DNA of 64,000 bases from Eubacteriales bacterium (GCA_045576795.1 JAZNHE010000113.1:6030-70029), one strand, 5' to 3'; shown: positions 1 to 9,223, counted from the first letter of the stretch. Notes: generated from the sequence alone by a model not told the origin. Translations and numbers: made by a program.

Positions 1-1
1 T

Positions 2-424
2 GTAGATGCTATGGGCTTCGGCGACAACAACATGGATGACAATTACAACGACTCTGCAAGCACAGGCGGAAGCAATGAAGAAAATTACTTCACCGCAACC
101 GTTCTCAACCGCCAGCAGTCGCGTGATGAAGCAATCGATGTACTTAAAATGGTAAGCGAGAGTGACGAATCAAGCGAAGAGGCAAAGGCGGAAGCAAGTG
201 CCAAGATCTCACAGATCGCAGTTGATATCCAGAACGAGAACAACATTGAAACGCTTGTAAAGGCAAAGGGCTTTGAGGATTGCGTAGCAATAATATCCGA
301 CGGTGCGGTAAGCGTTATCGTAAGTGCCGAGACTCTTCAGGCGGCAGAGGCGGCGCAGATTCTTGCCATAGTATATGATACGACCGGCATCAATCCCGAA
401 AACGTCAGCATTATAAACAAGTAA
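2..424 (+). CDS. spoIIIAH: Stage III sporulation protein AH, C-terminal part (5' end lies left of the window)
   Basis: The reading frame is open to the left edge. The translated tail (YFTATVLNRQQSRDEAIDVL ... LVKAKGFEDCVAIISDGAVSVIVSAETL ... GINPENVSII) matches the conserved SpoIIIAH C-terminal YscJ/FliF-like pattern as I remember it. Confidence 0.85.
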   Translation, partial: VDAMGFGDNNMDDNYNDSASTGGSNEENYFTATVLNRQQSRDEAIDVLKMVSESDESSEEAKAEASAKISQIAVDIQNENNIETLVKAKGFEDCVAIISDGAVSVIVSAETLQAAEAAQILAIVYDTTGINPENVSIINK

Positions 425-479
425 AATTCACACGGCTCACCATATCAGCCGTACATAGACTCCAAAAGTCAAAAGGCTT

Positions 480-516
480 GAGCGAAGTGCCAACCACGGT
501 GCTTCGCTCCTTTTTG
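480..516 (+). terminator. Rho-independent terminator after spoIIIAH
   Basis: An 8-bp stem gagcgaag/cttcgctc with a 14-nt loop is followed by the T-run ttttt at 511-515. Confidence 0.7.
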
Positions 517-729
517 CTTTCCCACATCACCGTTTACACCGACTCAAATCGCATCCGATAACCGTACTGCCCCTCAGAGCCACTGCGTATCTATCGACCG
601 CCGCGTAGCACCGCGCTTTATGCTTTATTTCCGCGTTGACGTGATGCGCGACCGATAAGTTCATCCAAAAAGCACCGAAAACTCCCCCATATATACGATT
701 CTCTTCAAAATGCAAATATCTATAAATTA

Positions 730-758
730 TTGACAATATTCTCAATATATGCTAAAAT
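730..758 (+). promoter_or_regulatory. Sigma-A type promoter for asd
   Basis: TTGACA (730-735), a 17-nt spacer ending in TGc, then TAAAAT (753-758). It sits about 40 nt upstream of the asd ATG. Confidence 0.7.
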
Positions 759-795
759 GTAATAGTAAAGTATATTTTAAATTGGAGATTACAAA

Positions 796-1878
796 ATGAA
801 AAAGCTTAAGGTAGGCATTATCGGTGCAACCGGAATGGTCGGTCAACGCTTTATAATGCTGCTAAACGACCACCCATATTTTGAAATAAACGCGCTCATA
901 GCAAGTCCGCGCTCCGCAGGTCAGAAGTACGGAAAAGCAGTGCTCGGAAGATGGAAAATGGCATCCGCCTGTCCCGAGAGAGTGCTCAATATGACAGTTA
1001 TCTCCTCCGACGACGTTGATACGGTCGGCGAGCTGTGCGACTTCGTATTCTGCGCGGTGAGTCTGTCAAAGGATGAAACACGTGAGCTTGAGGAAAGATA
1101 CGCGAAGCATGAAATCCCCGTCGTATCCAACAATTCAGCTAACAGATGGACACCCGACGTGCCAATGGTCATTCCCGAGGTCAACAGCGAGCATATCGCG
1201 GTCATAGAGGCGCAAAGAGCAAGACTCGGTACAAAGCGAGGCTTTATAGCAGTAAAGCCAAATTGCTCCATCCAATCATACGTCGGAGCACTGACTCCTC
1301 TTATGAAATACGGCATAAAGGAGATAGCCGTGACGACTTATCAGGCTATCAGCGGCGCCGGAAAGACGTTCAAGGAGTGGCCCGAGATGATAGATAACCT
1401 CATCCCCTACATCGGAGGTGAGGAGGAGAAGAGCGAGCGCGAGCCGTTGAGAGTATGGGGTAAAATCGAGGACGGTAAAATTCTTCCGGCAGCTACCCCC
1501 GTTATCACAAGCCAGTGTCTCAGAGTCCCCGTTACCGACGGTCACATGGCGGCCGTATTCGTAAAATTTGAAAACAAGCCCACAAAGGAGCAGATACTTG
1601 CCGATTGGGCAAGCTTTGAGGGGAAGCCGCAGACACTCGGTCTGCCGTCAGCACCCGAGCATTTCCTCACCTATTTTGAGGAGGATAACCGTCCGCAGAC
1701 CCGTCTTGACAGAGATATTTACGGCGGTATGGGCGTTAGCGTGGGAAGATTGCGCGAGGATAACCTCTTTGATTACAAATTTGTCGGACTGTCGCACAAC
1801 ACCCTGCGCGGTGCAGCCGGCGGTGCGGTTCTTATCGCGGAACTCCTCTACAAAGAGGGCTATCTGACAGCCAAATAA
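796..1878 (+). CDS. asd: Aspartate-semialdehyde dehydrogenase
   Basis: 360 aa with an N-terminal Rossmann motif VGIIGATGMVGQRF and the catalytic-region pattern KPNCSIQ. The length and layout are typical of Asd. The RBS is ggag. Confidence 0.9.
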   Translation: MKKLKVGIIGATGMVGQRFIMLLNDHPYFEINALIASPRSAGQKYGKAVLGRWKMASACPERVLNMTVISSDDVDTVGELCDFVFCAVSLSKDETRELEERYAKHEIPVVSNNSANRWTPDVPMVIPEVNSEHIAVIEAQRARLGTKRGFIAVKPNCSIQSYVGALTPLMKYGIKEIAVTTYQAISGAGKTFKEWPEMIDNLIPYIGGEEEKSEREPLRVWGKIEDGKILPAATPVITSQCLRVPVTDGHMAAVFVKFENKPTKEQILADWASFEGKPQTLGLPSAPEHFLTYFEEDNRPQTRLDRDIYGGMGVSVGRLREDNLFDYKFVGLSHNTLRGAAGGAVLIAELLYKEGYLTAK

Positions 1879-1899
1879 TTTTTTCAAAAGGATGTTAAA

Positions 1900-2772
1900 A
1901 TGAATATATCAAAATACAAAGCACTGCTTACGGCAGTTGATATGGGAAGTCTCTCGGGTGCGGCAAACAAGCTCGGATACACCCAATCGGGACTTACCCA
2001 TATGATGAATGCGCTCGAGGATGAATTCGGCTTCTCCATTCTTCAGCGAGGCTATTACGGTATAAAGCTCACGCCTGCAGGCGAGAGGATAATACCCAAG
2101 ATACGCCAGCTCGTTATGTGCGAAGAAACTCTTGAGAATGAAGTCGAGTTGGTTAAGTCATACGGCGATAACGTGTTGAGAATAGGCGCATTCTCGAGTA
2201 TGACAAGCACGTGGTTGCCCGGTATCGTGGAAAAATTCAACCACGAATTCCCCGACATTACAATAAACATTCAGACCGGTACGGTAACAGAGCTTTACGG
2301 CGGTCTTGAGGAGGGCAGATTTGACGTCTGCTTCGGTACAAAGAACCCCAAGTACGACTTCAAGTGGCTCGCTCTCGGACAGGACAGGTTCTACGCCATA
2401 CTCCCCAAGGACTACCCTACCGAGGGTGATGAGTTCAAAATTACAGGCTTCAACGGTACAAAATTCCTTATGCCCGGTCTCGGATTTGATGACGATATAA
2501 GCGCGGTGTTCAGCGAATACAACGTCAAGCCCTTTGTTACACCCACATACGTTGACGACCCTGCTATCATCTCAATGGTTGAGCACGGTCTCGGAATAAG
2601 TATGCTGTCCGAGCTGATTATAGCAGGACGTACAGACTCGGTAAAGGTGCTTCCGATAGTCCCCGAGGTGTCGCGCACCCTTGCCCTCTCGACAAAGCAG
2701 GACAAGGTTATGACCCTACCTATGAAGCGTCTTGTTGCTATAACCAAAGAGTTTGCAAAGGCTATGAATTGA
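1900..2772 (+). CDS. LysR-family transcriptional regulator
   Basis: 290 aa. The N-terminal HTH (LLTAVDMGSLSGAANKLGYTQSGLTHMMNALEDEFG) is followed by a LysR substrate-binding-type C-terminal half. Confidence 0.85.
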   Translation: MNISKYKALLTAVDMGSLSGAANKLGYTQSGLTHMMNALEDEFGFSILQRGYYGIKLTPAGERIIPKIRQLVMCEETLENEVELVKSYGDNVLRIGAFSSMTSTWLPGIVEKFNHEFPDITINIQTGTVTELYGGLEEGRFDVCFGTKNPKYDFKWLALGQDRFYAILPKDYPTEGDEFKITGFNGTKFLMPGLGFDDDISAVFSEYNVKPFVTPTYVDDPAIISMVEHGLGISMLSELIIAGRTDSVKVLPIVPEVSRTLALSTKQDKVMTLPMKRLVAITKEFAKAMN

Positions 2773-2835
2773 TTTTTGGTTATTTTGAATAAATTTTAAC
2801 CGTATTTTTTGTTAGCGCGCACACGCGATAAGATG

Positions 2836-2864
2836 TTGACAACAGCCATATAAAAATGTATAAT
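2836..2864 (+). promoter_or_regulatory. Strong sigma-A promoter for the lipoprotein triplet
   Basis: TTGACA (2836-2841), a 17-nt spacer with an extended TG, then TATAAT (2859-2864). Confidence 0.75.
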
Positions 2865-2937
2865 TATAATAGTATAAAACGGATACTTATACCGTCGCTG
2901 CGAGCGACAGAAAGAATGAAAGGCTATAGGTACTAAA

Positions 2938-3582
2938 ATGAAAAAGTTATTGGCAGTGCTTCTTTTGCTCACCGTACTTGTTTGCGGCAGCTCTTGTAAG
3001 CGTATTTCTTCCGTTCCCGTAGGCAAGCCTAACGTATATGAGATTGCCGAATCCTCAAAGCCCACAAAGGTTACAACTGAGGTTAACTACGTTACCAACG
3101 CCGGTGACAAGCTCAACGGCTATTACGTAACAACAATAGACGGGAACGATACCGTATTTGAGTATACATACGACAGACTCGCTACTCCCGCAGAGTCAAT
3201 CGAGGACGGCTCTAACAGCCGTATCAAGACCGTTGAGGGCGTTATCTACTACCACGACGGTGTTTATTCAGGCGATCAGGAGGAGTGGAAGCCCGGCACA
3301 GGCACAGCTTTCGACCTCAAGCTTAATATCAAGAAGTCCAATCTCAAGGACATCTCCTTCAATGACGATAAGACAATTCTCACCGCAAAGGTTTCTCCCG
3401 ACAAGGCACCCGAGGTGCTTGGAACAAACCTCAATGCTACCGGTGACATCTCTCTCGTTGTTGAGACAAACGGCGTTAATCTTACAATGGTTACAATTTC
3501 CTGCACCACAGCTAACGGAACAATGACTATAAGAACCTCTTATACGTACAACGTGCAGGATCTCTTCCCTGAAGAAGCGTAA
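2938..3582 (+). CDS. Small lipoprotein, paralogue 1 of 3 (unknown function)
   Basis: Signal peptide with lipobox-like Cys (MKKLLAVLLLLTVLVCGSSC). It shares ILTAKV..A.EVLG and a C-terminal GT.TI...Y.Y pattern with the next two ORFs. Confidence 0.75.
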   Translation: MKKLLAVLLLLTVLVCGSSCKRISSVPVGKPNVYEIAESSKPTKVTTEVNYVTNAGDKLNGYYVTTIDGNDTVFEYTYDRLATPAESIEDGSNSRIKTVEGVIYYHDGVYSGDQEEWKPGTGTAFDLKLNIKKSNLKDISFNDDKTILTAKVSPDKAPEVLGTNLNATGDISLVVETNGVNLTMVTISCTTANGTMTIRTSYTYNVQDLFPEEA

Positions 3583-3605
3583 TAACCGCAGAAAGGACAA
3601 ATATA

Positions 3606-4295
3606 ATGAAAAAGATAATTGCACTTGCACTTGTCATTTGTCTTTGCGTACCTGCTCTCTTCTCTTGTACCAAAATAAAGACAAAGAAGACAGTAGACAA
3701 TCTCGCAGACAAATATGCGGTAAGCCAGCCTACCAAGGTTATCGCAACAACCAAGCAGACTGTTAACGAGCTTGAGCTCAACGCCTCATACGAGGTTGTA
3801 ACAGGATACGTTGATAACGCTCCTGCGTTTGTATATCACTCCACTGTTGAATCTATCAGAAGTGTTGAAGAGGGTGGAGAGAATGAAGAAATCAAGGAAC
3901 TCATAGAGGTTACCTCCAATACTATCGAGGGTATCGAGGGTAAGGGTGTTCGTTCCAACGGCGGCAATTGGAATGCAGAGGCAAGTCTGTGGTCCATCGG
4001 ACGCGGACGTATGGCTCTCAACCTCAGCCACAAGCTCCTCGAAAACGTAGAGTACAAGGATAATACCTTCAAATGTACCGTTCCTCACGAGAATGTTGCC
4101 GAGGTTCTCGGCTCAAGCTATGCTGATGACATAGCAGGCGACGTTACTTTGGTAATCGTAGATGACGGTGCGGTTGTAACCTCTATTGAGCTGTTCTACA
4201 ATCTCACTGCCAATGCTGATGCACACATTACAACATCTTCAATGCACGTAAAGGTTGTTTACACCTACGACATTGAGCAGATCAACATAGACTAA
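3606..4295 (+). CDS. Small lipoprotein, paralogue 2 of 3 (unknown function)
   Basis: Signal peptide plus Cys (MKKIIALALVICLCVPALFSC). It shares the SQPTKV, AEVLG, V.LV and VVYTY motifs with its neighbours. Confidence 0.75.
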   Translation: MKKIIALALVICLCVPALFSCTKIKTKKTVDNLADKYAVSQPTKVIATTKQTVNELELNASYEVVTGYVDNAPAFVYHSTVESIRSVEEGGENEEIKELIEVTSNTIEGIEGKGVRSNGGNWNAEASLWSIGRGRMALNLSHKLLENVEYKDNTFKCTVPHENVAEVLGSSYADDIAGDVTLVIVDDGAVVTSIELFYNLTANADAHITTSSMHVKVVYTYDIEQINID

Positions 4296-4310
4296 GGAGG
4301 TAAAGTAACT

Positions 4311-4910
4311 ATGAAAAAGATAATAGCAATTGTTCTTGTGGTTGGCTGCCTTCTCGCTATGTCATCCTGCTCGTTCTTTAAGAAAAAGGCAGATCACACA
4401 GGTCTTTCATCCGTTCAGAGTGCAATCGATTCATCCGCACCCAAGAGTGCTGATATAAACGTAGAGTTCAACTCCACTCTCGGTAAGCTCGAGGGTGAGT
4501 ACGACGTAGTTTACAACGAGGATGGCACTGCTACCGTTGACTATACATACGAAAAGTTCAATAACTTTGACGCAGACACCGCAGTACGCGACGGTGTAAC
4601 CTCTGAATTCAGCGGTACTGTTGTTGTTGCCGCAGACGGCTCTGTAAGCGGTCTTGATGGTGTTGCATCTGTTGAGGCAGTTACGTTCGAGCTCAATCTC
4701 AACCCCGATAAGATTTCCTCTTACGAGGCAGGCTCCAGCATCCTTACCGCAAAGGTTCCTGCTTCTAACACCGCTTCCGTTCTCGGCGTTGCTATTGATG
4801 CAGATGTTGAACTTGTTGTTACAACAGGTGCTGACAGAGTTACCTCCGTGGTTATGACGTACGCTCTTACTAACGGCACAGTAACAATCACAGCAGTATA
4901 TCATTATTAA
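4311..4910 (+). CDS. Small lipoprotein, paralogue 3 of 3 (unknown function)
   Basis: Signal peptide plus Cys (MKKIIAIVLVVGCLLAMSSC) behind the RBS aaggagg. It carries SSILTAKVPASNTASVLG and a C-terminal TNGTVTITAVYHY, as in paralogue 1. Confidence 0.75.
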   Translation: MKKIIAIVLVVGCLLAMSSCSFFKKKADHTGLSSVQSAIDSSAPKSADINVEFNSTLGKLEGEYDVVYNEDGTATVDYTYEKFNNFDADTAVRDGVTSEFSGTVVVAADGSVSGLDGVASVEAVTFELNLNPDKISSYEAGSSILTAKVPASNTASVLGVAIDADVELVVTTGADRVTSVVMTYALTNGTVTITAVYHY

Positions 4911-4973
4911 TACTTATTATATAGAATAGCGTGATGCCGAGTAAGGCTTCACTCTAAAAGATAATTTTGAAAA

Positions 4974-5011
4974 ATACGGTATATCTCGAAAGAGGTATGC
5001 CGTATTTTTTT
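4974..5011 (+). terminator. Rho-independent terminator of the lipoprotein operon
   Basis: A 14-bp stem (atacggtatatctc / gaggtatgccgtat, two G-U pairs) with a GAAA tetraloop is followed by a 7-nt T-run. Confidence 0.85.
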
Positions 5012-5063
5012 GTGTATGCAGATGCGAGTCTTGTCAGAAAACTTGAGAGCCATCGATAAACAT

Positions 5064-5093
5064 AAAAAAAGCCTCCCTTCACACAAGGGAGGC
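5064..5093 (-). terminator. Rho-independent terminator downstream of metH
   Basis: A perfect stem agcctccctt / aagggaggct has the A-run on the plus side, which is a T-run on the minus strand. It lies about 120 nt after the metH stop. Confidence 0.7.
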
Positions 5094-5212
5094 TCTACTA
5101 AACAGAAAATTATATTGTCTATTATCAAGTGCAACACTTTTAAGAAATGCGATATATCATCAGACACAGATTACTCTCGCACTATTTACCGCGCTTTCGG
5201 AGTCTTGTTGCT

Positions 5213-7582
5213 TTAAGAAAACAGCTCCTCAATCATTCGCACAGCCGAGAGCGCATCCGGAGCATAAATATCCGCCCCTATCTTGTCCGCGTACGTCCTT
5301 GTAAGAACTGCGCCGCCCACCATTATCTTGACGTCGGGCATTTCCTCTCTTACGTATTTCACCGTTTCCTCCATAGAGGCAAGTGTCGTAGTCATAAGAG
5401 CGCTGAGTCCGAGGACGTGCGCACCTGTTGTACGCAGTGCCGACAATACCGTCTGCTTATCCACATCACGGCCGAGGTCTGTTACGGAATATCCGTAGCT
5501 CTCAAACACAAGCTTAACTATATTCTTTCCTATATCGTGTATATCGCCCTTCACAGTGGCTAAAACCACACGCCTGCCCTCATCGAGCTCGTTTTTGGGT
5601 GTTCTCTCCCGTATTACGGTAAAGGCGGAATTGGCAGCCTCCGCGCTCATAAGCAGATTTGGCAGATACAGCTTTTTAGCCTCGTAAAGCTCACCGACTC
5701 TGTTGAGCGCAGGAATTATCTCATTATTGATAATGTCCATACCCGTGTTTTCGGAAAGCATATCAAGGCATATTCTCTGTGCCCTATCCTTGAGCCCCTT
5801 TTCAATCGTATATGCAAGCGACTGCACGTTATCCGCACTGCTCTGCTCCTTTGCCATCATATCCGTCTGAATGTCGGAAAACCTGTTAATATACGCCTCA
5901 CATCCGTCAAGGACTCCCGATAGTGCAAGATGCGAATAATATGCATCCATCATTCCCTCACTCTCGGGATTTATTATAGCCAGGTCAAGGCCGTGTGCCA
6001 GAAGAGCCGAATAGAATGCCGAATTTATCACGTCACGCCGCGGCAAGCCAAACGACACGTTAGATACACCGAGCGAGCATTTGTATCCCTTTTCCTTTAG
6101 TGCCTTAACCGTATCAAGAGTTATCCTTGCATTGCGGCAATCAGAAGCTACCGTAAGAGCGAGTGGGTCAAATATAAGCTCACGTTTATCTATACCGTAC
6201 TTCTGTGCATAGAGGACTATTCTGTCGGCAATCCTTACACGCCCCTCGCACGTGTCGGGAATCCCCCCCTCATCCATAGTAAGAGCTATAACGGCTCCGC
6301 CGTATTTCTTGACAAGTGGGAATATTCTGTCCATACTCTCGTAAGAGCCTGTAACGGAGTTGACGAGCGGCTTGCCGCAATACACTCGCATAGCGGCTGC
6401 CATAACCTCGGGAGCTCCCGTATCTATCTGAAGCGGAAGGTCAACAACCGCCTGTATTTCCTTTACTGCGCGCACCATTGTGCTGACCTCATCGACGTCT
6501 GCAAGACCTACGTTAACGTCGAGTATATGCGCTCCGTGCTCCTCTTGAGATATGGCGAGGGAGAGAATATACGACATGTCCCCCTCTCTGAGTGCCGTTT
6601 TAAGACGAGGCTTACCCGTGGGATTTATTCTTTCGCCGACGACCATCGGAGTGTCGCCTATCGTCAGCGCGTGGGTATACGAGGACACAAGAAGTGTCGA
6701 TTTTTCTGTAGGTGGGATATACTGAATATCTCTCACCTTATCCCTCATACGCTCTATATAGAGAGGTGTAGTGCCACAGCAGCCGCCAACTATGTGAGCA
6801 CCGAGAGAGCATATTTTTGCCATCTGCTCGGCAAATTCATCGGCAGATAAATCATACACGCTCTCCCCGTTCTCCACTCTTGGAAGCCCTGCATTTGGGT
6901 TTACTATAACGGGTAGCGAGGAATACTTCAGCAATTCACAAGCCACGCCCATCATACCGATAGGCCCAAGCGCACAATTCACGCCTATGGCTGATACTCC
7001 GAGTCCCTCAAGCATTGCAACCATTGCCGCAGGGTCTGCTCCCGTCATCAGCTTTGCATCGGTGCCAAAGGCACAGGTCACAAAGACGGGTAAGCTGCTG
7101 TTTTCACGGGCGGCAAGCACTGCTGCGCGGGTTTCATACATATCTCCCATCGTTTCTATGAGGATAACATCTACCCCAAGTCCGTCAATTGCGCGGATAT
7201 TTCTTGCATAAATCTCAACGGCATCCTCAAAGTCGAGGTCACCGAATGGCTTTAGCATCCTTCCTGTAGGTCCGACGTCATAAGCGATATATGCATCGCG
7301 GCCGTATTCCCTTACCGCATCCTTGGCTATTCCGATAGCAAGAGAAATTTCTTCCTCAACGTTTTCATATTTAAGTGAATTGATACCAAAGGTGTTTGTT
7401 TTGATAATATCCGCGCCGGCGGTAAGGTATTCAAGGTGCAGCTTCATTACGGTATCCCTGGCTTTTCTGTTCATTACCTCCGGTGCTTCACCGCTCAAAA
7501 GGCCCCTTTTTTGCAACACGGTACCTGTTCCGCCGTCAAAAATCAGGCGACGCTGCTTTATAGCCTCAAGTATATCAACCAT
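5213..7582 (-). CDS. metH: Cobalamin-dependent methionine synthase lacking the reactivation domain
   Basis: 789 aa, with a homocysteine S-methyltransferase N-terminus, a pterin-binding middle and a B12 cap. The B12-binding domain carries the D-x-H-x-x-G motif (GDIHDIGKNIV). No AdoMet activation domain is present. Confidence 0.9.
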   Translation of the reverse strand: MVDILEAIKQRRLIFDGGTGTVLQKRGLLSGEAPEVMNRKARDTVMKLHLEYLTAGADIIKTNTFGINSLKYENVEEEISLAIGIAKDAVREYGRDAYIAYDVGPTGRMLKPFGDLDFEDAVEIYARNIRAIDGLGVDVILIETMGDMYETRAAVLAARENSSLPVFVTCAFGTDAKLMTGADPAAMVAMLEGLGVSAIGVNCALGPIGMMGVACELLKYSSLPVIVNPNAGLPRVENGESVYDLSADEFAEQMAKICSLGAHIVGGCCGTTPLYIERMRDKVRDIQYIPPTEKSTLLVSSYTHALTIGDTPMVVGERINPTGKPRLKTALREGDMSYILSLAISQEEHGAHILDVNVGLADVDEVSTMVRAVKEIQAVVDLPLQIDTGAPEVMAAAMRVYCGKPLVNSVTGSYESMDRIFPLVKKYGGAVIALTMDEGGIPDTCEGRVRIADRIVLYAQKYGIDKRELIFDPLALTVASDCRNARITLDTVKALKEKGYKCSLGVSNVSFGLPRRDVINSAFYSALLAHGLDLAIINPESEGMMDAYYSHLALSGVLDGCEAYINRFSDIQTDMMAKEQSSADNVQSLAYTIEKGLKDRAQRICLDMLSENTGMDIINNEIIPALNRVGELYEAKKLYLPNLLMSAEAANSAFTVIRERTPKNELDEGRRVVLATVKGDIHDIGKNIVKLVFESYGYSVTDLGRDVDKQTVLSALRTTGAHVLGLSALMTTTLASMEETVKYVREEMPDVKIMVGGAVLTRTYADKIGADIYAPDALSAVRMIEELFS

Positions 7583-8261
7583 TGCTTTTCTCCGTCTTTA
7601 TACATATAATTGCGCTGACTGTTTTCTTCGGAATCATCATATCCGAATCCGTGAATCTGACACCTAACAGCTTCTCACCGTTAAGGCACGACACGATTTC
7701 TCTGCCAACCGATAGCGGAAGATCTCCGTATCCGGGGCTAAACCTTATAGAAGAATACCCTTCTCCGCACAGCTCTCGCTCTGCAAAATCACACACGCCC
7801 TCTATCATCGCGTCACTCAGCGCATCAATTACAAACCCCTCGGCTACCGACATACCCGAGCGGCGCATAATCAATCTATCCGCCTCTATTCCGAGAGTTG
7901 CGCACATAAGATATGCATATTCACAGTCGGAGGATGCCCTGCTAAGAGCTTCACTCTCAACTCTGATTTTACCTAAAATCAGCGCATTACCTTCGCGCAT
8001 TATCCTTACACGCTCCGCCACATACGCCGGAGCTGCTGCCTGTCTTACATCTTTCAGCGCAGCATCGTAATCACCTGTAAGCGCAGTATTGTGCTCATCA
8101 GTAAGCGTACTATTGTGCTCACCTACGAGTGTACCATTGTGCTCACCTATGAGCGTAGCATTATCCTCACCTGTAAGTGTGTTCAAAGGCACGCCGAGTC
8201 TTGCGGCAATCTCTCGTTCATCAAGTATTATATCCTCTGACGAAAGCTTATTATAATACAT
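7575..8261 (-). CDS. Stand-alone methionine synthase activation (AdoMet-binding) domain protein with an N-terminal octapeptide repeat
   Basis: 228 aa. The C-terminal part carries the RFSPGYGDLPL motif typical of the MetH reactivation domain. It overlaps the metH start by 8 nt and sits between metF and metH. Confidence 0.75.
   Translation of the reverse strand: MYYNKLSSEDIILDEREIAARLGVPLNTLTGEDNATLIGEHNGTLVGEHNSTLTDEHNTALTGDYDAALKDVRQAAAPAYVAERVRIMREGNALILGKIRVESEALSRASSDCEYAYLMCATLGIEADRLIMRRSGMSVAEGFVIDALSDAMIEGVCDFAERELCGEGYSSIRFSPGYGDLPLSVGREIVSCLNGEKLLGVRFTDSDMMIPKKTVSAIICIKTEKSNG
8071..8190 (-). repeat. In-frame 24-bp tandem repeat x5 inside the activation-domain CDS
   Basis: Five consecutive 24-bp units begin at 8071, 8095, 8119, 8143 and 8167 (tcacctgtaagcgcagtattgtgc and variants). 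They encode TL.GEHN.-type octapeptides. Confidence 0.9.
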
Positions 8262-8286
8262 ATTTCCATCCCGACAAGCCCATATA

Positions 8287-9159
8287 TCAGGGTCTGCCCA
8301 TTCCTATTATATCCTTTACGTTATCGCGTATTGCCCGAGCCACGTTTGGCTTGTTCATAGAATACACATGCACCGCATTAAATCCCGAGGCGTAGAGGTC
8401 GACTATCTGCTCTGTCGCAAACGCGATGCCTGCCTGTGTCATAGCGTCGGCATTATCACCGTATCTCTCGATTATCTTAATAAACTTTCTCGGCAGTGCA
8501 TTGCCCGAGATTGATATTATCCTGCCAATCTGCTTTGCATTGGTGACAGGCATAATTCCCGGCACCACGGGTGCGGTGATACCTGCTCTGTCGAGGCTGT
8601 CCTTGAACCTATACATTATCTCATTGTCGAAAAACATCTGGCTTGTGAGAAATTCACATCCCGCATCAACCTTGACTCTGAGAAAGGCAATATCGCTATC
8701 AATGCTATCACTCTCCGGGTGTCCCTCGGGATAGCACGCGCCGCCTATACAAAATCCGCCGTACTCCTTTATTTCAGCAATCAGCTCCGAGGCGTGTCTG
8801 TAATCCGCACTCAAAATATCAAAGCCCGAGGGTATATCTCCGCGCAGTGCGAGAAGATTATCTATTCCTCTTTGAGATAAGTCGTCAAGCTTTGCCCTTA
8901 TTCCCTCTCTATTTGAGGAAATACAGGTTATATGAGCAAGCGGCGTTACTCCGGACTCAAGTATCAATGATGCTATTCTCGGCGTGTATTTATCCGTACT
9001 GCCTCCCGCACCGCAGGTCACACTCATATATCCGGGAGCAAGAGAGACTATCTCCTCCGTCACAGATGAAACCGCATTAATACTGTCAAAGCTCTTGGGA
9101 GGAAACACCTCAAAGGACAGCGACGGCTTTTTCCCGTTAATTATATCTGTTATCTTCAT
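8287..9159 (-). CDS. metF: 5,10-methylenetetrahydrofolate reductase
   Basis: 290 aa starting KPSLSFEVFPPK with a TIM-barrel MTHFR-like pattern (TCGAGGST, HITC). It heads the metF / activation-domain / metH cluster. Confidence 0.88.
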   Translation of the reverse strand: MKITDIINGKKPSLSFEVFPPKSFDSINAVSSVTEEIVSLAPGYMSVTCGAGGSTDKYTPRIASLILESGVTPLAHITCISSNREGIRAKLDDLSQRGIDNLLALRGDIPSGFDILSADYRHASELIAEIKEYGGFCIGGACYPEGHPESDSIDSDIAFLRVKVDAGCEFLTSQMFFDNEIMYRFKDSLDRAGITAPVVPGIMPVTNAKQIGRIISISGNALPRKFIKIIERYGDNADAMTQAGIAFATEQIVDLYASGFNAVHVYSMNKPNVARAIRDNVKDIIGMGRP

Positions 9160-9194
9160 TTTTTCATCCTTATCCGGATTTTATTTACATAAAT

Positions 9195-9223
9195 ATTATA
9201 CATTATAAAAAGACACTTTTCAA
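9195..9223 (-). promoter_or_regulatory. Sigma-A promoter of the metF-metH cluster
   Basis: On the minus strand: TTGAAA (9223-9218), a 17-nt spacer, then TATAAT (9200-9195). The leader is only about 35 nt. Confidence 0.65.

Noticed and set aside
527-745. A 72-aa minus-strand ORF in the spoIIIAH-asd intergenic region.
   Set aside because: It has no recognisable RBS, its start overlaps the asd promoter hexamers, and the protein has no recognisable features.
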